Position numbers and translations under genes: made by a program
IMG/VR virus record: IMGVR_UViG_3300031715_000003
Span: 30,225 to 94,224 of that record
DNA length: 64,000 bases
Source of the DNA: a virus
Reading direction: 5' to 3' (one strand)
Shown: one piece after another, positions 8,502 to 18,186 of the stretch
Position numbering within the stretch: position 1 is the first letter of the stretch
Layout of the letters: every line of letters begins with the position of its first letter
The notes under the pieces: generated by a model
Seen by the model: the letters and a program-made list of their open reading frames with translations, nothing else
Databases searched by the model: none
What the model was told of the DNA's origin: nothing

Positions 8502-8632
8502 GGAGAACGGATTTGGCGAACAACCGGCTTCATTTCACTTTGCGGCTCATTGGCGCTATTATGGCGGGCGGCATCACGGGAGTGGTGTTGGGCTGGCTGA
8601 CCTATCGAAACTGAGGGGAGAACGATAGCGAA

Positions 8633-9025
8633 ATGATCAAAAAAATGGAACAAGCGGACGGGCAGAGTTGCTGGAATAAGGCTCATGAGGAAGAAATGGT
8701 TTTCGTGCTGCTCGAGCGCGATCTAGCCGCCCCCTATGCGATACGGGAGTGGGCCAAGAAGCGGATAGAACTTGGCAAGAACACCACGGACGATCATCAG
8801 ATCAAAGAGGCGTTGGGCGCCGCGCTCTTCATGGAGAGACGAGATAAATCCGCAGAACTTTTGCCGAACGAGGCAAAACGACATACTTGGGAGTATGTCC
8901 ATATGTCCGACGGACGGCGCGTCAAAAGATGCAGCCTCTGCTGGTGCGCCTACGAGTTTGGATACGACTTGCCCTGTACAGCAAAGCCGAAAGAGCTGCT
9001 TAGGGAGAATGAACCAGGCTGTTGA
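8633..9025 (+). CDS. Conserved phage hypothetical protein
   Basis: VFVLLERDLAAPYAIREWA motif; GAGGGGAG SD. Confidence 0.7.
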   Translation: MIKKMEQADGQSCWNKAHEEEMVFVLLERDLAAPYAIREWAKKRIELGKNTTDDHQIKEALGAALFMERRDKSAELLPNEAKRHTWEYVHMSDGRRVKRCSLCWCAYEFGYDLPCTAKPKELLRENEPGC

Positions 9026-9051
9026 CGTACTCCCCCAAAGAGGCGCATAAT
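9022..9051 (+). promoter_or_regulatory. Promoter with dispersed motif overlapping -35
   Basis: TTGACG-N18-CATAAT; GTACTCCCC at 9027-9035. Confidence 0.6.
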
Positions 9052-9067
9052 CCAATCATCACGGGCC

Positions 9068-9280
9068 ATGACGGAAGAAGAAAAGCGCGCGCTTATTGCT
9101 GAGTTTCTTAAAGCGCTCTCCCCTGATGAGCGTGCACGTGTAGTGTGCGGGGCCAGCGGGGAGAACGCTTCTGAACCCGTTAAAGAAATCCAGAAAATTC
9201 CGGATCCGCGCTACCAATATAGACCACAGATCCCGGCTGACTACACGGTGCCGCCCAAGCCGGCAGGCTGGCTGAAATGA
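9068..9280 (+). CDS. Hypothetical protein
   Basis: ORF after promoter. Confidence 0.55.
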   Translation: MTEEEKRALIAEFLKALSPDERARVVCGASGENASEPVKEIQKIPDPRYQYRPQIPADYTVPPKPAGWLK

Positions 9281-9985
9281 AATGCTGCGACTGCGGTGCC
9301 ATCAACGTTCCGGGCAACCATCTCGGCACAGTACAGCGTTGCCGCCGCTGTCTCGACCGGCTACTGATCCGGACGCTTCGGCCCCACGTTCTTAAATCTC
9401 CGCTGCTGCGAAAATGGAACCAGGAGATTGAGGCAGTTCTGCCAAAACGGCTCTCCCGTGAAGAAAAGGAGGGGAGAGCGATATTGATCATGAAGGCTAG
9501 CAATGGAACCTGAACAAAGACTCCCTGCGATAAACGGGACCAATGCTGGAGAATGGAACCACTCTGAGGTAGAGTACAATGCCTGCCAGAGCACCAATGG
9601 ACCGATGAAGGATTGCCCGTCGTGCGGTGGGACTGGTAAGATTTCAGAAAGCGCACTACCATGAAAAGGCTCTTCTCCATCACCGGATGGGAGTACAAGT
9701 GGATCTTTGAAATTCGGCGTGGACCCTTCCGATCGTTTCACCTCATGATCAGACGTGAACTAAAGAGGTGGCTATGACGGTACTCCTCTCACGTCCTTAT
9801 CGTCCCGCCATGGCTTGTGAAGCGTGTTGCTTCGGGGGGAGTACGCACGCGGTCTGGTGCAGCAAAGCCCAAAGTTTCATGGAGGCGTGGGATGCTGTTA
9901 CGTGGCTCCCTGGATCGCCACGTGCCGCCAGAGAAGCCGCTATGCACCCGGCGTCTCACTCTCCACCGAAAGTGAACTCCCCCCA

Positions 9986-10564
9986 ATGAATACTGAACAG
10001 CAAACTCCAGAAGCCACATGCGATGAAATCGTAGCGGCCGTGTGCGATCTCCCCGAAATACCCAAGATAGGATGGACCGTCGCAATACGGCGGCGACTTC
10101 CATTCGATGCTCTCGGGAAGTGTCCCATGACCCAGCAAATTCCAGTCGTCCTCGAACCAGAACTCTGGGCCAAGGTCATCGCCTGCATCATGATGAATCC
10201 GAAAATCAAAGCTACGGCCAGATGGCTGAATCCTACGTCCGCCTCTAAACATTCGGGCCGAACTCCTCCCGTAACATTGGCCGACGCCATAAATCTAGCG
10301 CGGATGCTCGAGAAGTCTTTCCACGGGTGGCTGGCCGGAGTCTACGGCTCGGTTCTCAATGGGGAGGGCCGCGACGGAGATATCCTATTGACTCCGTGGC
10401 GAGAGGTTGCGATACCGCTGGTAGAGTTCGTGGAGAGCGCCACCAGCATGAAGATGTTGAAATCTGAGGCAGGGTTGATGGCGCACTCATATCTTATGAT
10501 GGATCGGGACGGCAGGATCTTCGACCTTCGCTGGACGTATCCGTACTCTCCGAGGTACCAATGA
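9986..10564 (+). CDS. Hypothetical protein
   Basis: MNTEQQ start overlapping upstream stop. Confidence 0.6.
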   Translation: MNTEQQTPEATCDEIVAAVCDLPEIPKIGWTVAIRRRLPFDALGKCPMTQQIPVVLEPELWAKVIACIMMNPKIKATARWLNPTSASKHSGRTPPVTLADAINLARMLEKSFHGWLAGVYGSVLNGEGRDGDILLTPWREVAIPLVEFVESATSMKMLKSEAGLMAHSYLMMDRDGRIFDLRWTYPYSPRYQ

Positions 10565-10887
10565 GTCCCAAAGAATCAACTCCCCTGATGGAGGCGTGGG
10601 CCAAAGAACTGGCGCGCCAGATGCTGGAGCCACGCGATGGCGACTCTTCCGAATCCGTTCTCCTACGAGTCGCGATCGCGCTCGTACAGGCTCGAGCAAA
10701 AGAAGCGCGGCATCTGGCCGGCGCATTCACCATCAAGAGCACCGACCCACATAATCCCCTCTGGGAATTTCACCGCTCCCTCGCGCGGCACCTAACGGAC
10801 CGCGAGCATCTACTGGAGCAGTTCGCCCTGGACATGGCTGGCTTTAAAGAGGAGACGGCGATCGAACTCCCCGGAATGCTTCAATAA
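10561..10887 (+). CDS. Hypothetical protein
   Basis: ATGA coupling, GAGG SD. Confidence 0.6.
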   Translation: MSPKESTPLMEAWAKELARQMLEPRDGDSSESVLLRVAIALVQARAKEARHLAGAFTIKSTDPHNPLWEFHRSLARHLTDREHLLEQFALDMAGFKEETAIELPGMLQ

Positions 10888-10905
10888 CAGACATAATTTT
10901 CTGCC

Positions 10906-10935
10906 TTGACTTTGTAGGGTATTCCGCCGTAAGAT
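10906..10935 (+). promoter_or_regulatory. Promoter of orphan pentamer-array RNA G
   Basis: TTGACT-N18-TAAGAT directly before array. Confidence 0.7.
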
Positions 10936-11056
10936 GGCCTTGCATCTCTCGTCGGGTCTGCTCCTGGCATGTCATCACGCAGCGCTACACGGCAACGCGA
11001 CGCAACGCAAGGAAATCGCACTGGGGGATAACAAACCAGAAATCGAACTCCCCCAG
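10936..11056 (+). ncRNA. Orphan pentamer-array RNA G (15 units) plus 3' hairpin
   Basis: ggcct tgcat ctctc gtcgg gtctg ctcct ggcat gtcat cacgc agcgc tacac ggcaa cgcga cgcaa cgcaa gg; C at position 3 in all; CTGGGGGA...TCCCCCAG hairpin. Confidence 0.75.
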
Positions 11057-11104
11057 GGCTAAATGGTTCAGTGATTCCGATAAAATGCAAGCAGGGAGAA
11101 CACC

Positions 11105-11272
11105 ATGGCGATCCTATCCTTTATACTTCTGGTTTTCGCATTTGTGCTTTTCGTTCTGGCGGGCTTGGGCCTCCCCAGTCCTCCAGTGCCGCGCGGCAAC
11201 CTGATCGGCTGGGGGCTGGCGTGTTGGGTTCTAGCGGAGATCCTAATGCACACCCCGCCATTGATTCACTGA
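11105..11272 (+). CDS. Small two-TM membrane protein (55 aa, not in ORF track)
   Basis: GGGAG SD; MAILSFILLVFAFVLFVLAG...GWGLACWVLAEIL. Confidence 0.7.
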   Translation: MAILSFILLVFAFVLFVLAGLGLPSPPVPRGNLIGWGLACWVLAEILMHTPPLIH

Positions 11273-11383
11273 ACGAACGGACGCGATACAATAGCGGACA
11301 TCGGGTCGGGCTCCGAAAGGAACCCGAAAATCAAACCCAACAATTTACCCTGTAAAAGGGGAGATCAACAACTGAAGCGGTAG

Positions 11384-11410
11384 AGAGCCGGGGGCGACCT
11401 CGGCTCTTTC
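11384..11410 (+). terminator. Intrinsic terminator-like hairpin
   Basis: AGAGCCGGGG-GCGA-CCTCGGCTCT-TTC. Confidence 0.55.
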
Positions 11411-11485
11411 CGTTATCCCCACCGAAACGTTACAATCTTGTGCATTGCAATCCATAAGATCTTGCGCTACACTTGTCCTTAAAGA

Positions 11486-11707
11486 ATGCCAGAAGATCTG
11501 CCGGTTTTCGACGAACGCGTGGAGTTTCAGGGCACAACATACCTGCGGGAGTTAACATCCGATGCTCTCCGAACTCTCGGCAGGATGGGCAAAGTAGTGA
11601 TCCTTAGAGATGGGACGGAGCGATTGTCTGCCCTCATTCCTTACGATCAATACGTCAAGCTTAATGAGATGGCCTTCGGTAAATCGAAGGAAGTTAAGAG
11701 CCAATGA
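11486..11707 (+). CDS. Phd/YefM-like antitoxin-fold protein
   Basis: TTYLRE...VVILRDG...ALIPYDQY pattern; own promoter TTGCAA...TACACT. Confidence 0.55.
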   Translation: MPEDLPVFDERVEFQGTTYLRELTSDALRTLGRMGKVVILRDGTERLSALIPYDQYVKLNEMAFGKSKEVKSQ

Positions 11708-11738
11708 CCGGTAGAGTCGGGGGAGAAAGAACACAACA

Positions 11739-12518
11739 ATGGAAGTTAAGATAACAGGAAAGCGGCTCGGGAAGCGTGCTCCTCGCTTGGATCCACGCAC
11801 CCCACAGCTTAAGAACTATATCCGAGTTACGCCTCCCATTCCGCCTCCCGAGGTCAGTTGGATCACCAAGGCAACCGCTGCGGAACCATGGCCCATGCTA
11901 GCCAACGACACGCTTGGGGATTGTGTTGAGGCCGCCCAACTCCATATGATCGAGCAGTGGATCTACTACGGATCTGGGACGGTCCAACAGGCCCACAACA
12001 ACGATGCCATCAAGCTATACGAAGCCGAGGGCGGATACGTGCCGGGGGATCCCAATACGGACAACGGAACCGACATGCTGACGGCCCTTAACTATTGGAA
12101 AAACACCGGTGCCAAAATAGGGACCGTAGTTCATAAGATCGCGGGATACGTGAAGGTGGATCCCACCAACGACACCGAAGTCCAGATGGCCATCTGGGTA
12201 TTCGGAAATCTCTTCACCGGGATACAACTGCCTTTGTCGGCCCAAGTCCAGACGTCTTGGACTGTACCGGCCGGCGGACCGTACGGGGATGGGTCACCGG
12301 GGTCGTGGGGGGGGCATTGCGTCCCGATAATGGCCCGCTCTCCCGAAAGCTGCACCTGCATTACGTGGGGTTCGGTACTGAAGATGAGCCACAATTTCTT
12401 CAGCGATTACGTCGACGAGTGCTACGCAGTTCTGGCCCCCGATTGGCTCAATGCCGCTTCCGTATCACCCGGTGGTCTTGATCTGGCGCAACTACAGGCA
12501 GACCTCGCGGCACTTTAG
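11739..12518 (+). CDS. Papain-like cysteine peptidase
   Basis: NDTLGDCV (Cys), GGHCV (His), ITWG. Confidence 0.7.
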   Translation: MEVKITGKRLGKRAPRLDPRTPQLKNYIRVTPPIPPPEVSWITKATAAEPWPMLANDTLGDCVEAAQLHMIEQWIYYGSGTVQQAHNNDAIKLYEAEGGYVPGDPNTDNGTDMLTALNYWKNTGAKIGTVVHKIAGYVKVDPTNDTEVQMAIWVFGNLFTGIQLPLSAQVQTSWTVPAGGPYGDGSPGSWGGHCVPIMARSPESCTCITWGSVLKMSHNFFSDYVDECYAVLAPDWLNAASVSPGGLDLAQLQADLAAL

Positions 12519-12529
12519 GAGAAGCCCAA

Positions 12530-12760
12530 ATGTGGATGACGGATTACATCAGAGAAGTAAAAAAGCAGTTTCGGGATCTGTACGGGTTCAAACCCACAGA
12601 TGACTGCTCGCCGGATGATCCAGTCTACGAAGAGGGGAAGGTCCCGGACGGAGTCTACCCGATGATCATCGAAGGGAAGATGGACTTTTTGGAAATTAAG
12701 TGCGGCAAAATTAACTGCTGCAACGAGAAACCAAAAGGACCGTTGCAGTACGTAGGATAG
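12530..12760 (+). CDS. Hypothetical protein
   Basis: AGGAG SD. Confidence 0.6.
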   Translation: MWMTDYIREVKKQFRDLYGFKPTDDCSPDDPVYEEGKVPDGVYPMIIEGKMDFLEIKCGKINCCNEKPKGPLQYVG

Positions 12761-12764
12761 GCAA

Positions 12765-13868
12765 GTGACTCCTGTCGCCCATCCCAACGTTCATCGCCCA
12801 TGGTCTCAATGGAGCGAAGAGCAGAAACTTCACGTCGCGACCTGCTATTCCAACCCCTTTCGATGGAGGACGCGGCGGGAACTGGCGGACGATTTTCGCC
12901 GGCACATGGAGCAGTCTCCCAACGTCATGCTTCACTTCGGGGAACTCGCTTATGGAGAACGCCCGTTTGAGGTCACGGGAGAAGATCCGCGGGACGTGCA
13001 ACTGCGAACCCACCACGAATTATTCCACAAAGAAAACATCCTCAATGCCGTAATCCGGCGCTTTCCTCCAGACTGGCAATACGGAGCCTGGATCGATGCG
13101 GACTTCCATTTCACACGCCACGATTGGGCCCTTGAGGCAATCCACCAACTCCAGCACTACGATTTCGTTCAGTTGTTCTCAAGCTACTCCGATGTGACCG
13201 GAAGAACTTACGGGCAAGGGCATCTGCCGACGCGCGTCAACACTGGCTTTGCATTCAACTATGTCCAGCGCGGCTGCGCCATGCCGGAGGGATTCCGGGA
13301 TGGTGGCTGGACCATTGCAAAAGAGAAAGGAGAAGGCTACGACGACGTAACCAAGAAATCCTCCATGCTCTCTCCCGGTGGCTGGGGACGGGTTCGGGAT
13401 GGCGTTGGGGCCACGGGCGGAGCTTGGGCGTTTAGGCGGTCCGCGTTCGATACCGTCGGGGGGCTCCTCGACAAATGCATCCTGGGACACGGCGACTGGT
13501 TCATGACGTTCGGGCTGGTGGGACAGACAGCTCCCGATATGCACCATGAGCAGTACACCGATGATTACAGGAATGTGATCGTTAGCTGGCAGCAAAACGC
13601 CGCCCGGCTACACAAGAACATCGGGTACGTGGATTGCTTTGCGGTCCATCATTTCCATGGGTCTAAGATCAAACGCGCCTATTCCCATCGTGATCTGATT
13701 CTTGCACAACACAGGTTCCGCCCATCAACTGATTTGGTTCAGGACTGGCAGGGCATCTATCAACTTTCTCCACACCGGCCAGAATTGCGGGATGCCATTA
13801 GGGCTTACTTCATCAGCCGCAACGAAGACGATCCTAATTTGTACGGCGGGGAAAAGACGCTGGTATGA
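12765..13868 (+). CDS. GT-A fold glycosyltransferase-like protein
   Basis: HKENILN, AWIDAD (DxD), GGAWAFRR, HHFHGS. Confidence 0.7.
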   Translation: MTPVAHPNVHRPWSQWSEEQKLHVATCYSNPFRWRTRRELADDFRRHMEQSPNVMLHFGELAYGERPFEVTGEDPRDVQLRTHHELFHKENILNAVIRRFPPDWQYGAWIDADFHFTRHDWALEAIHQLQHYDFVQLFSSYSDVTGRTYGQGHLPTRVNTGFAFNYVQRGCAMPEGFRDGGWTIAKEKGEGYDDVTKKSSMLSPGGWGRVRDGVGATGGAWAFRRSAFDTVGGLLDKCILGHGDWFMTFGLVGQTAPDMHHEQYTDDYRNVIVSWQQNAARLHKNIGYVDCFAVHHFHGSKIKRAYSHRDLILAQHRFRPSTDLVQDWQGIYQLSPHRPELRDAIRAYFISRNEDDPNLYGGEKTLV

Positions 13869-14138
13869 TCTGGCAAAACTGGGTTGGTCTTGGAATTGAG
13901 GCGGTGTGCGTAATGCTATTCCTCTGGAAAGAGGAAGATGGCGGGAAGCGAATTTTTTCCCTACTGCTGAACATCATTATTGCCGCTATGCTTTTGTGGA
14001 GATGAAGCCAATGGACATACCGGAACGTTGTAAGTTATGCGGCTGCAAACTAACTTTGGTGCAGGAGCATGCGGTAGATTTCGAATGCGGATCCAGATTC
14101 TACCGGGAAACGGGAAACTGGTACCGTGGTACTTCCTC

Positions 14139-14684
14139 ATGAGCCTAAAGTACCGGGAGTCCATCGTCGACCTCCACCAGGAACTCAAGTTCCCCATCGA
14201 GCAACTCAAACTGCAGAAGGATCGCGTCATTATCCGCGACCTCCAGGAAGAAGAAAAAGTCGGCTCGATCTGGATTCCCGAAGTCAGCCGTGACCAGTCG
14301 CGATTGCGCTGGGGCATCGTGGTGGCGGTTGGGCCGGGCGAAACATACATTGAGCGCGTCATTAGCCGCTACACCACGACTCCTGATGGATATCCAGAGA
14401 CCCATAGAATCCCCATCATGTGCAGCAAATGCAGGGGAGGACGCTTTGTGCGGATTCCGCCACGTCAAAGTCAGCAGGGCCTGGAACCGGGAGCCAGCCT
14501 CCCCTGCGAAAAGTGCCGGGGTACCGGTCGTGGGCGTCTTCCCCTGGACGTAAAGGTGGGGGACAAGGTACTGTACGACCGGCGCAGGGAAGCCGAGTTC
14601 TTCTGGCAAGGACAGCGCTACAACATCGTGTACGAGGAACAAGCGATAATAGGAATCTATACGGGGAGTTCGGATGGCGGTTAA
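14139..14684 (+). CDS. groES: GroES-like co-chaperonin with inserted CxxC zinc finger
   Basis: DRVII...GSIWIP...GIVVAVGPG...LDVKVGDKVLY...IIGI. Confidence 0.85.
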   Translation: MSLKYRESIVDLHQELKFPIEQLKLQKDRVIIRDLQEEEKVGSIWIPEVSRDQSRLRWGIVVAVGPGETYIERVISRYTTTPDGYPETHRIPIMCSKCRGGRFVRIPPRQSQQGLEPGASLPCEKCRGTGRGRLPLDVKVGDKVLYDRRREAEFFWQGQRYNIVYEEQAIIGIYTGSSDGG

Positions 14685-14970
14685 AGTTTCCGATGTAGAG
14701 AGCATGAAAGACATGGCTGGAATACCGGTTCATCCGGGAGACCGCGTTCTATGTTTCAATGCCGTCCCTTCAGGCTGGACCATGGATCAAGTCCGCGCTA
14801 AGATCAGAGGGGAATTGGAGCACCCGGGAGTACCTGGCGTGCTATTTGAGAAAAACGGCTTGCTGTACATTCGCCACTCCGATGGAGGAACCACTGGGTG
14901 CGATCCAAGTGATCCAGACTTCGGCGTCCGAGTTTTGACGCCATCAATGGGGAGTACGCATGCCGATTGA
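14674..14970 (+). CDS. Hypothetical protein
   Basis: GGGGAG SD, overlapping operon ORF. Confidence 0.6.
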   Translation: MAVKVSDVESMKDMAGIPVHPGDRVLCFNAVPSGWTMDQVRAKIRGELEHPGVPGVLFEKNGLLYIRHSDGGTTGCDPSDPDFGVRVLTPSMGSTHAD

Positions 14971-15358
14971 TTGGACAGCGCCGCTCGAATTCGCCACCAG
15001 AGAAGATCGGGCCATTTGGCCCAACGTGAAACTGCTCCACACGCTCTCCGGGGATTATCTACCAAGAGTTGTCGTAGCGGCCGATAGCAAAGGTAGGGAT
15101 GCTGTCCTGTTTTTTTCTGAAGACGGAACGGGTGACCGCGGGACTCTGCGCAATGTTCCGGGCAACGCTCTGGGTAGGGCTGCGTTTTTCGGCTACCATA
15201 AACAGCGGCAGCGCGCGTTCGATGATTATAAGATAGCGGTCGATTGGGCTGAAGCCAACCAGAATCTTTGGATCGCCGCAGCCTGGGCCGCCATCAAAGA
15301 ATACGAAAGTTCTGAGGGGAGTTCAGAAGCAGACTCCCCCGCAAAGGAGAAAACATGA
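14960..15358 (+). CDS. Hypothetical protein
   Basis: MPIDWTAPLE start, SD. Confidence 0.65.
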   Translation: MPIDWTAPLEFATREDRAIWPNVKLLHTLSGDYLPRVVVAADSKGRDAVLFFSEDGTGDRGTLRNVPGNALGRAAFFGYHKQRQRAFDDYKIAVDWAEANQNLWIAAAWAAIKEYESSEGSSEADSPAKEKT

Positions 15359-16098
15359 AACACAGACTGTTGGCATCCGCACTCCTCACGGCGTGCATGG
15401 CCTTTGGACAAACCAGCACATGGGTGGGCAGCACTTTGGTAGCTGGTTCAAATTGCTTAATTATGAACGGCGTACCTGCGGGGACATTCGTTTGCGACCC
15501 AGCAGGCAGCATTCCGGCGAAGCCACAAAAGCCACGGCTTCCCAACTTCACCAAGGCGCAACTCCTCGCCTCAGTCCATATAATCCCGGCCGCCAGCATC
15601 GCCGGTCCAGAGTATATGAAGGTGGCGAAAGCGATCTCCCTGAAGTCTGCCGCTACCGACGAATCGCAGATGGGAGAACTGCTCAATCGGCATGGCTTCA
15701 AGATCTTCGACTTCGACAAAGTCGATACCTACCTGTACAACAAGGCGCTACAGCAAAAGGCGGGAACCAGATGGGTTTGGAAGCCGCTCCGCACCCGCGA
15801 CCATGACTGGCTCCAGAATACCGGCCTAACGTATCGGCAATTTGATGGATTTGGATACGTCGATAACGTCAAGTACGTGCATGCGATTCCCGAAAAGACT
15901 CTTGATAAAATAGCCTGCCTGATTGACGAGATGCCCGAAGCCCTTTTTCTGGTGAGCGATTACGAAGTCATCAAGCCCGATCCATTCCTCGCCGTGACGA
16001 CTGCCGATATGCTAGAAGCCCATCGGCTATTCATCATCGACATGTGGGATGAGCCGGGCTTCGGGGAGAACGCTCCCAGTATCGTGGCTAGCAGGTGA
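15355..16098 (+). CDS. Secreted hypothetical protein
   Basis: Signal peptide ending AFG-Q; PDPFL...IDMWDEPGF. Confidence 0.75.
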   Translation: MKHRLLASALLTACMAFGQTSTWVGSTLVAGSNCLIMNGVPAGTFVCDPAGSIPAKPQKPRLPNFTKAQLLASVHIIPAASIAGPEYMKVAKAISLKSAATDESQMGELLNRHGFKIFDFDKVDTYLYNKALQQKAGTRWVWKPLRTRDHDWLQNTGLTYRQFDGFGYVDNVKYVHAIPEKTLDKIACLIDEMPEALFLVSDYEVIKPDPFLAVTTADMLEAHRLFIIDMWDEPGFGENAPSIVASR

Positions 16099-16102
16099 CG
16101 CA

Positions 16103-16435
16103 ATGGAGCCAACTAACTATTCCGGAGTAGGGTTGCAGCCGCAATATGTTGGGCCGGGAGCTTCGCTTGGTCAGCAAGTCAACAACGCTACCGCTCAGCC
16201 GGTCGAGCCGAACCTAGCCAAAAAGTTGGAAGAGGCCCAGGGATACCTTATGCAACTCCACGACATTCTTGGAAGCATCGAGGAATCGCTACAGGGGCCG
16301 CAACCCAACAAGAATGGCACGGCTGGTTCCACTGTTGATCGCGTTCTTTCAATCAACGAGCGCGCGGCCATCATCTCGAAACTTGCGGCCAACGCCGTCG
16401 GCTGGGCCGGCACCATCAAAGCGAAGCTATCATAA
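16103..16435 (+). CDS. Hypothetical helical protein
   Basis: ORF follows upstream stop. Confidence 0.6.
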   Translation: MEPTNYSGVGLQPQYVGPGASLGQQVNNATAQPVEPNLAKKLEEAQGYLMQLHDILGSIEESLQGPQPNKNGTAGSTVDRVLSINERAAIISKLAANAVGWAGTIKAKLS

Positions 16436-16609
16436 GCGTTCTCCCCCGATGATGCCCCACCTCCTCATTGCTGTCGGCGCGTTTTACTGCGGATTCCTCT
16501 GTGCGGTCGCGGAGGTATATCGCCGTGAGCGCACAAAGCACGGGTGGGAGGAACTGGAGCGCTGGCGCCGCAAATACATCCTCGGTCCAGGAGGGGTCGG
16601 AGAACGTCC

Positions 16610-16909
16610 ATGATCGCGCGCTTCGTACTTATATTTCTGCTGGCGTGGGGCGCAATGGCGTGGCAGGATCGTCCTATCCCGGACTATCCAGGGGACGACA
16701 ATCCCCAACACAATGGCCAACCGATGTGGTGCCAAGCGCGTGACGAGAACGGTCACAAGAAGAACTGCGGCGTGTGCGACATGCACTGCAGCCAGGATGG
16801 AACGCCTATCGAGTCTAACAAATGCCGGGTATATTGTCGGCATGGGGCCTGCCGCTGTCATCGTCCGTGCATCACCAGCACTCCCAAGGGGGAGCACGGT
16901 CGCAGTTAA
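16610..16909 (+). CDS. Secreted Cys-rich small protein
   Basis: Signal peptide, 9 Cys in C-terminal half. Confidence 0.65.
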   Translation: MIARFVLIFLLAWGAMAWQDRPIPDYPGDDNPQHNGQPMWCQARDENGHKKNCGVCDMHCSQDGTPIESNKCRVYCRHGACRCHRPCITSTPKGEHGRS

Positions 16910-16910
16910 T

Positions 16911-17114
16911 ATGCAAACCATGACGCGTGCAGAATGGGACATTTTAGCTGTAGCGACGGACGCCTTTGACGACAAGTTGAAAGCCAAACGTTGGCTAGAT
17001 CAGCCGAGCATTGAACTCGGTAATAAGCGCCCCATAGACATGGTCAACACCGTGGCGGGATACCGCGCGGTGGCGCATGTGCTCAACAACATCAAGTGGG
17101 GTATCCCTGCCTGA
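16911..17114 (+). CDS. Xre/MbcA/ParS antitoxin C-terminal domain (DUF2384-like), orphan
   Basis: AFDD...AKRWLDQP...LGNKRPIDM...G...V..VL..I.WG. Confidence 0.8.
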   Translation: MQTMTRAEWDILAVATDAFDDKLKAKRWLDQPSIELGNKRPIDMVNTVAGYRAVAHVLNNIKWGIPA

Positions 17115-17677
17115 TGCGGGCGCACGACGTCTTCCACCAAAACGATGGAGAGGTCACCAAGCAGTACTACGCCGACCTCTGCAAGTTAGGACCATTGGGG
17201 GAGATCGCCGTAGCGTTGTTCCGCGCGCAGAAGCGCTCCAGCCGGGCGAAGGATTACCGGCGCGGCCGTTTCAGGAGAGCGGCCTACGATGTGAAGTCCT
17301 GGAGCATGCAACAACTCTGCGGTCTGCTGGCCCTGCACGGCGGGGAGTTCAGATGGGGCTGGAAAGAAGATCCCGATGTACTGTTCGGACAAGACGCTTC
17401 GTTCGTGCTATACGTCGATCTCCCCCAAGGATTCGGCCAAGTCTCATTTCACTCTCCCAGCCGCATGGATGGTCCAGAGTACGTGGGCGAGTGGGACGGC
17501 CATAAAGGGATGAGCGAGGAGCGCATCATTGCGTTCTGCGATTGGGTAGAAAATGGCGTGTGGGCTACCCCCGTAAAGTTGAGCGTGCCGGAGATACAGG
17601 AGCAGTATAATCAGCACCTGTCGGTGATGATCGAAACCCAGATGTCACTTCTGGAATTGAGGACCTCCGATGAATGA
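17114..17677 (+). CDS. Conserved hypothetical protein
   Basis: LFRAQKRSSRAK...VLYVDLP...QVSFH...WDG. Confidence 0.7.
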   Translation: MRAHDVFHQNDGEVTKQYYADLCKLGPLGEIAVALFRAQKRSSRAKDYRRGRFRRAAYDVKSWSMQQLCGLLALHGGEFRWGWKEDPDVLFGQDASFVLYVDLPQGFGQVSFHSPSRMDGPEYVGEWDGHKGMSEERIIAFCDWVENGVWATPVKLSVPEIQEQYNQHLSVMIETQMSLLELRTSDE

Positions 17678-18071
17678 TCCCCGCACCCGTGCTCAACGAT
17701 GCTCCGATGCCGTAGCCCGGTTCTGCGGTTCGTGGTCCTTCATCATCGTCTTCACCGTGATCGTTCTCCTCTGGATCGGCGTCAACACCCTATGGCTGAT
17801 ATTTCGTGCGGTCTTCGACCCATATCCATTCATCGCCCTGAACCTGTTCCTCACTATCATTAGCACCTTCCAGGGACCGCTCATCATGATGAGCCAGAAC
17901 CGGCAGGCAGAGCGCGAGCACGAGGCCACGCTGAAAATTTTAGAGGAGATTCATAACGCTCTGTACAGCCTTCCGCCGAGCGTTGAACGTGCGGACGTTC
18001 TCTACGGAGGACACCTTCAGGATCATCCGTCATTGCGAGCGTCCTCCCCCTCTGATAACCTGAAGCCATAA
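17670..18071 (+). CDS. DUF1003 membrane protein
   Basis: GSWSFI...FDPYPFIALNL...PLIMMSQNRQ. Confidence 0.9.
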   Translation: MNDPRTRAQRCSDAVARFCGSWSFIIVFTVIVLLWIGVNTLWLIFRAVFDPYPFIALNLFLTIISTFQGPLIMMSQNRQAEREHEATLKILEEIHNALYSLPPSVERADVLYGGHLQDHPSLRASSPSDNLKP

Positions 18072-18102
18072 ACGCCACCACGAAAGTTGGAGGAATTGTT
18101 TT

Positions 18103-18186
18103 ATGGCCGAAAAATGGATAGCGGGTGCGATTAAACACGGCAGCAGTGGTTTCGGGTGCGTGAAATTTCCACGCCAGAAGCGATGA
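18103..18186 (+). pseudogene. Stranded 5' remnant of small basic protein gene
   Basis: GGAGGA SD + MAEKWIAGAIKH, then disrupted by endonuclease gene; intact copy begins MAEKWIQKANIKK. Confidence 0.7.
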
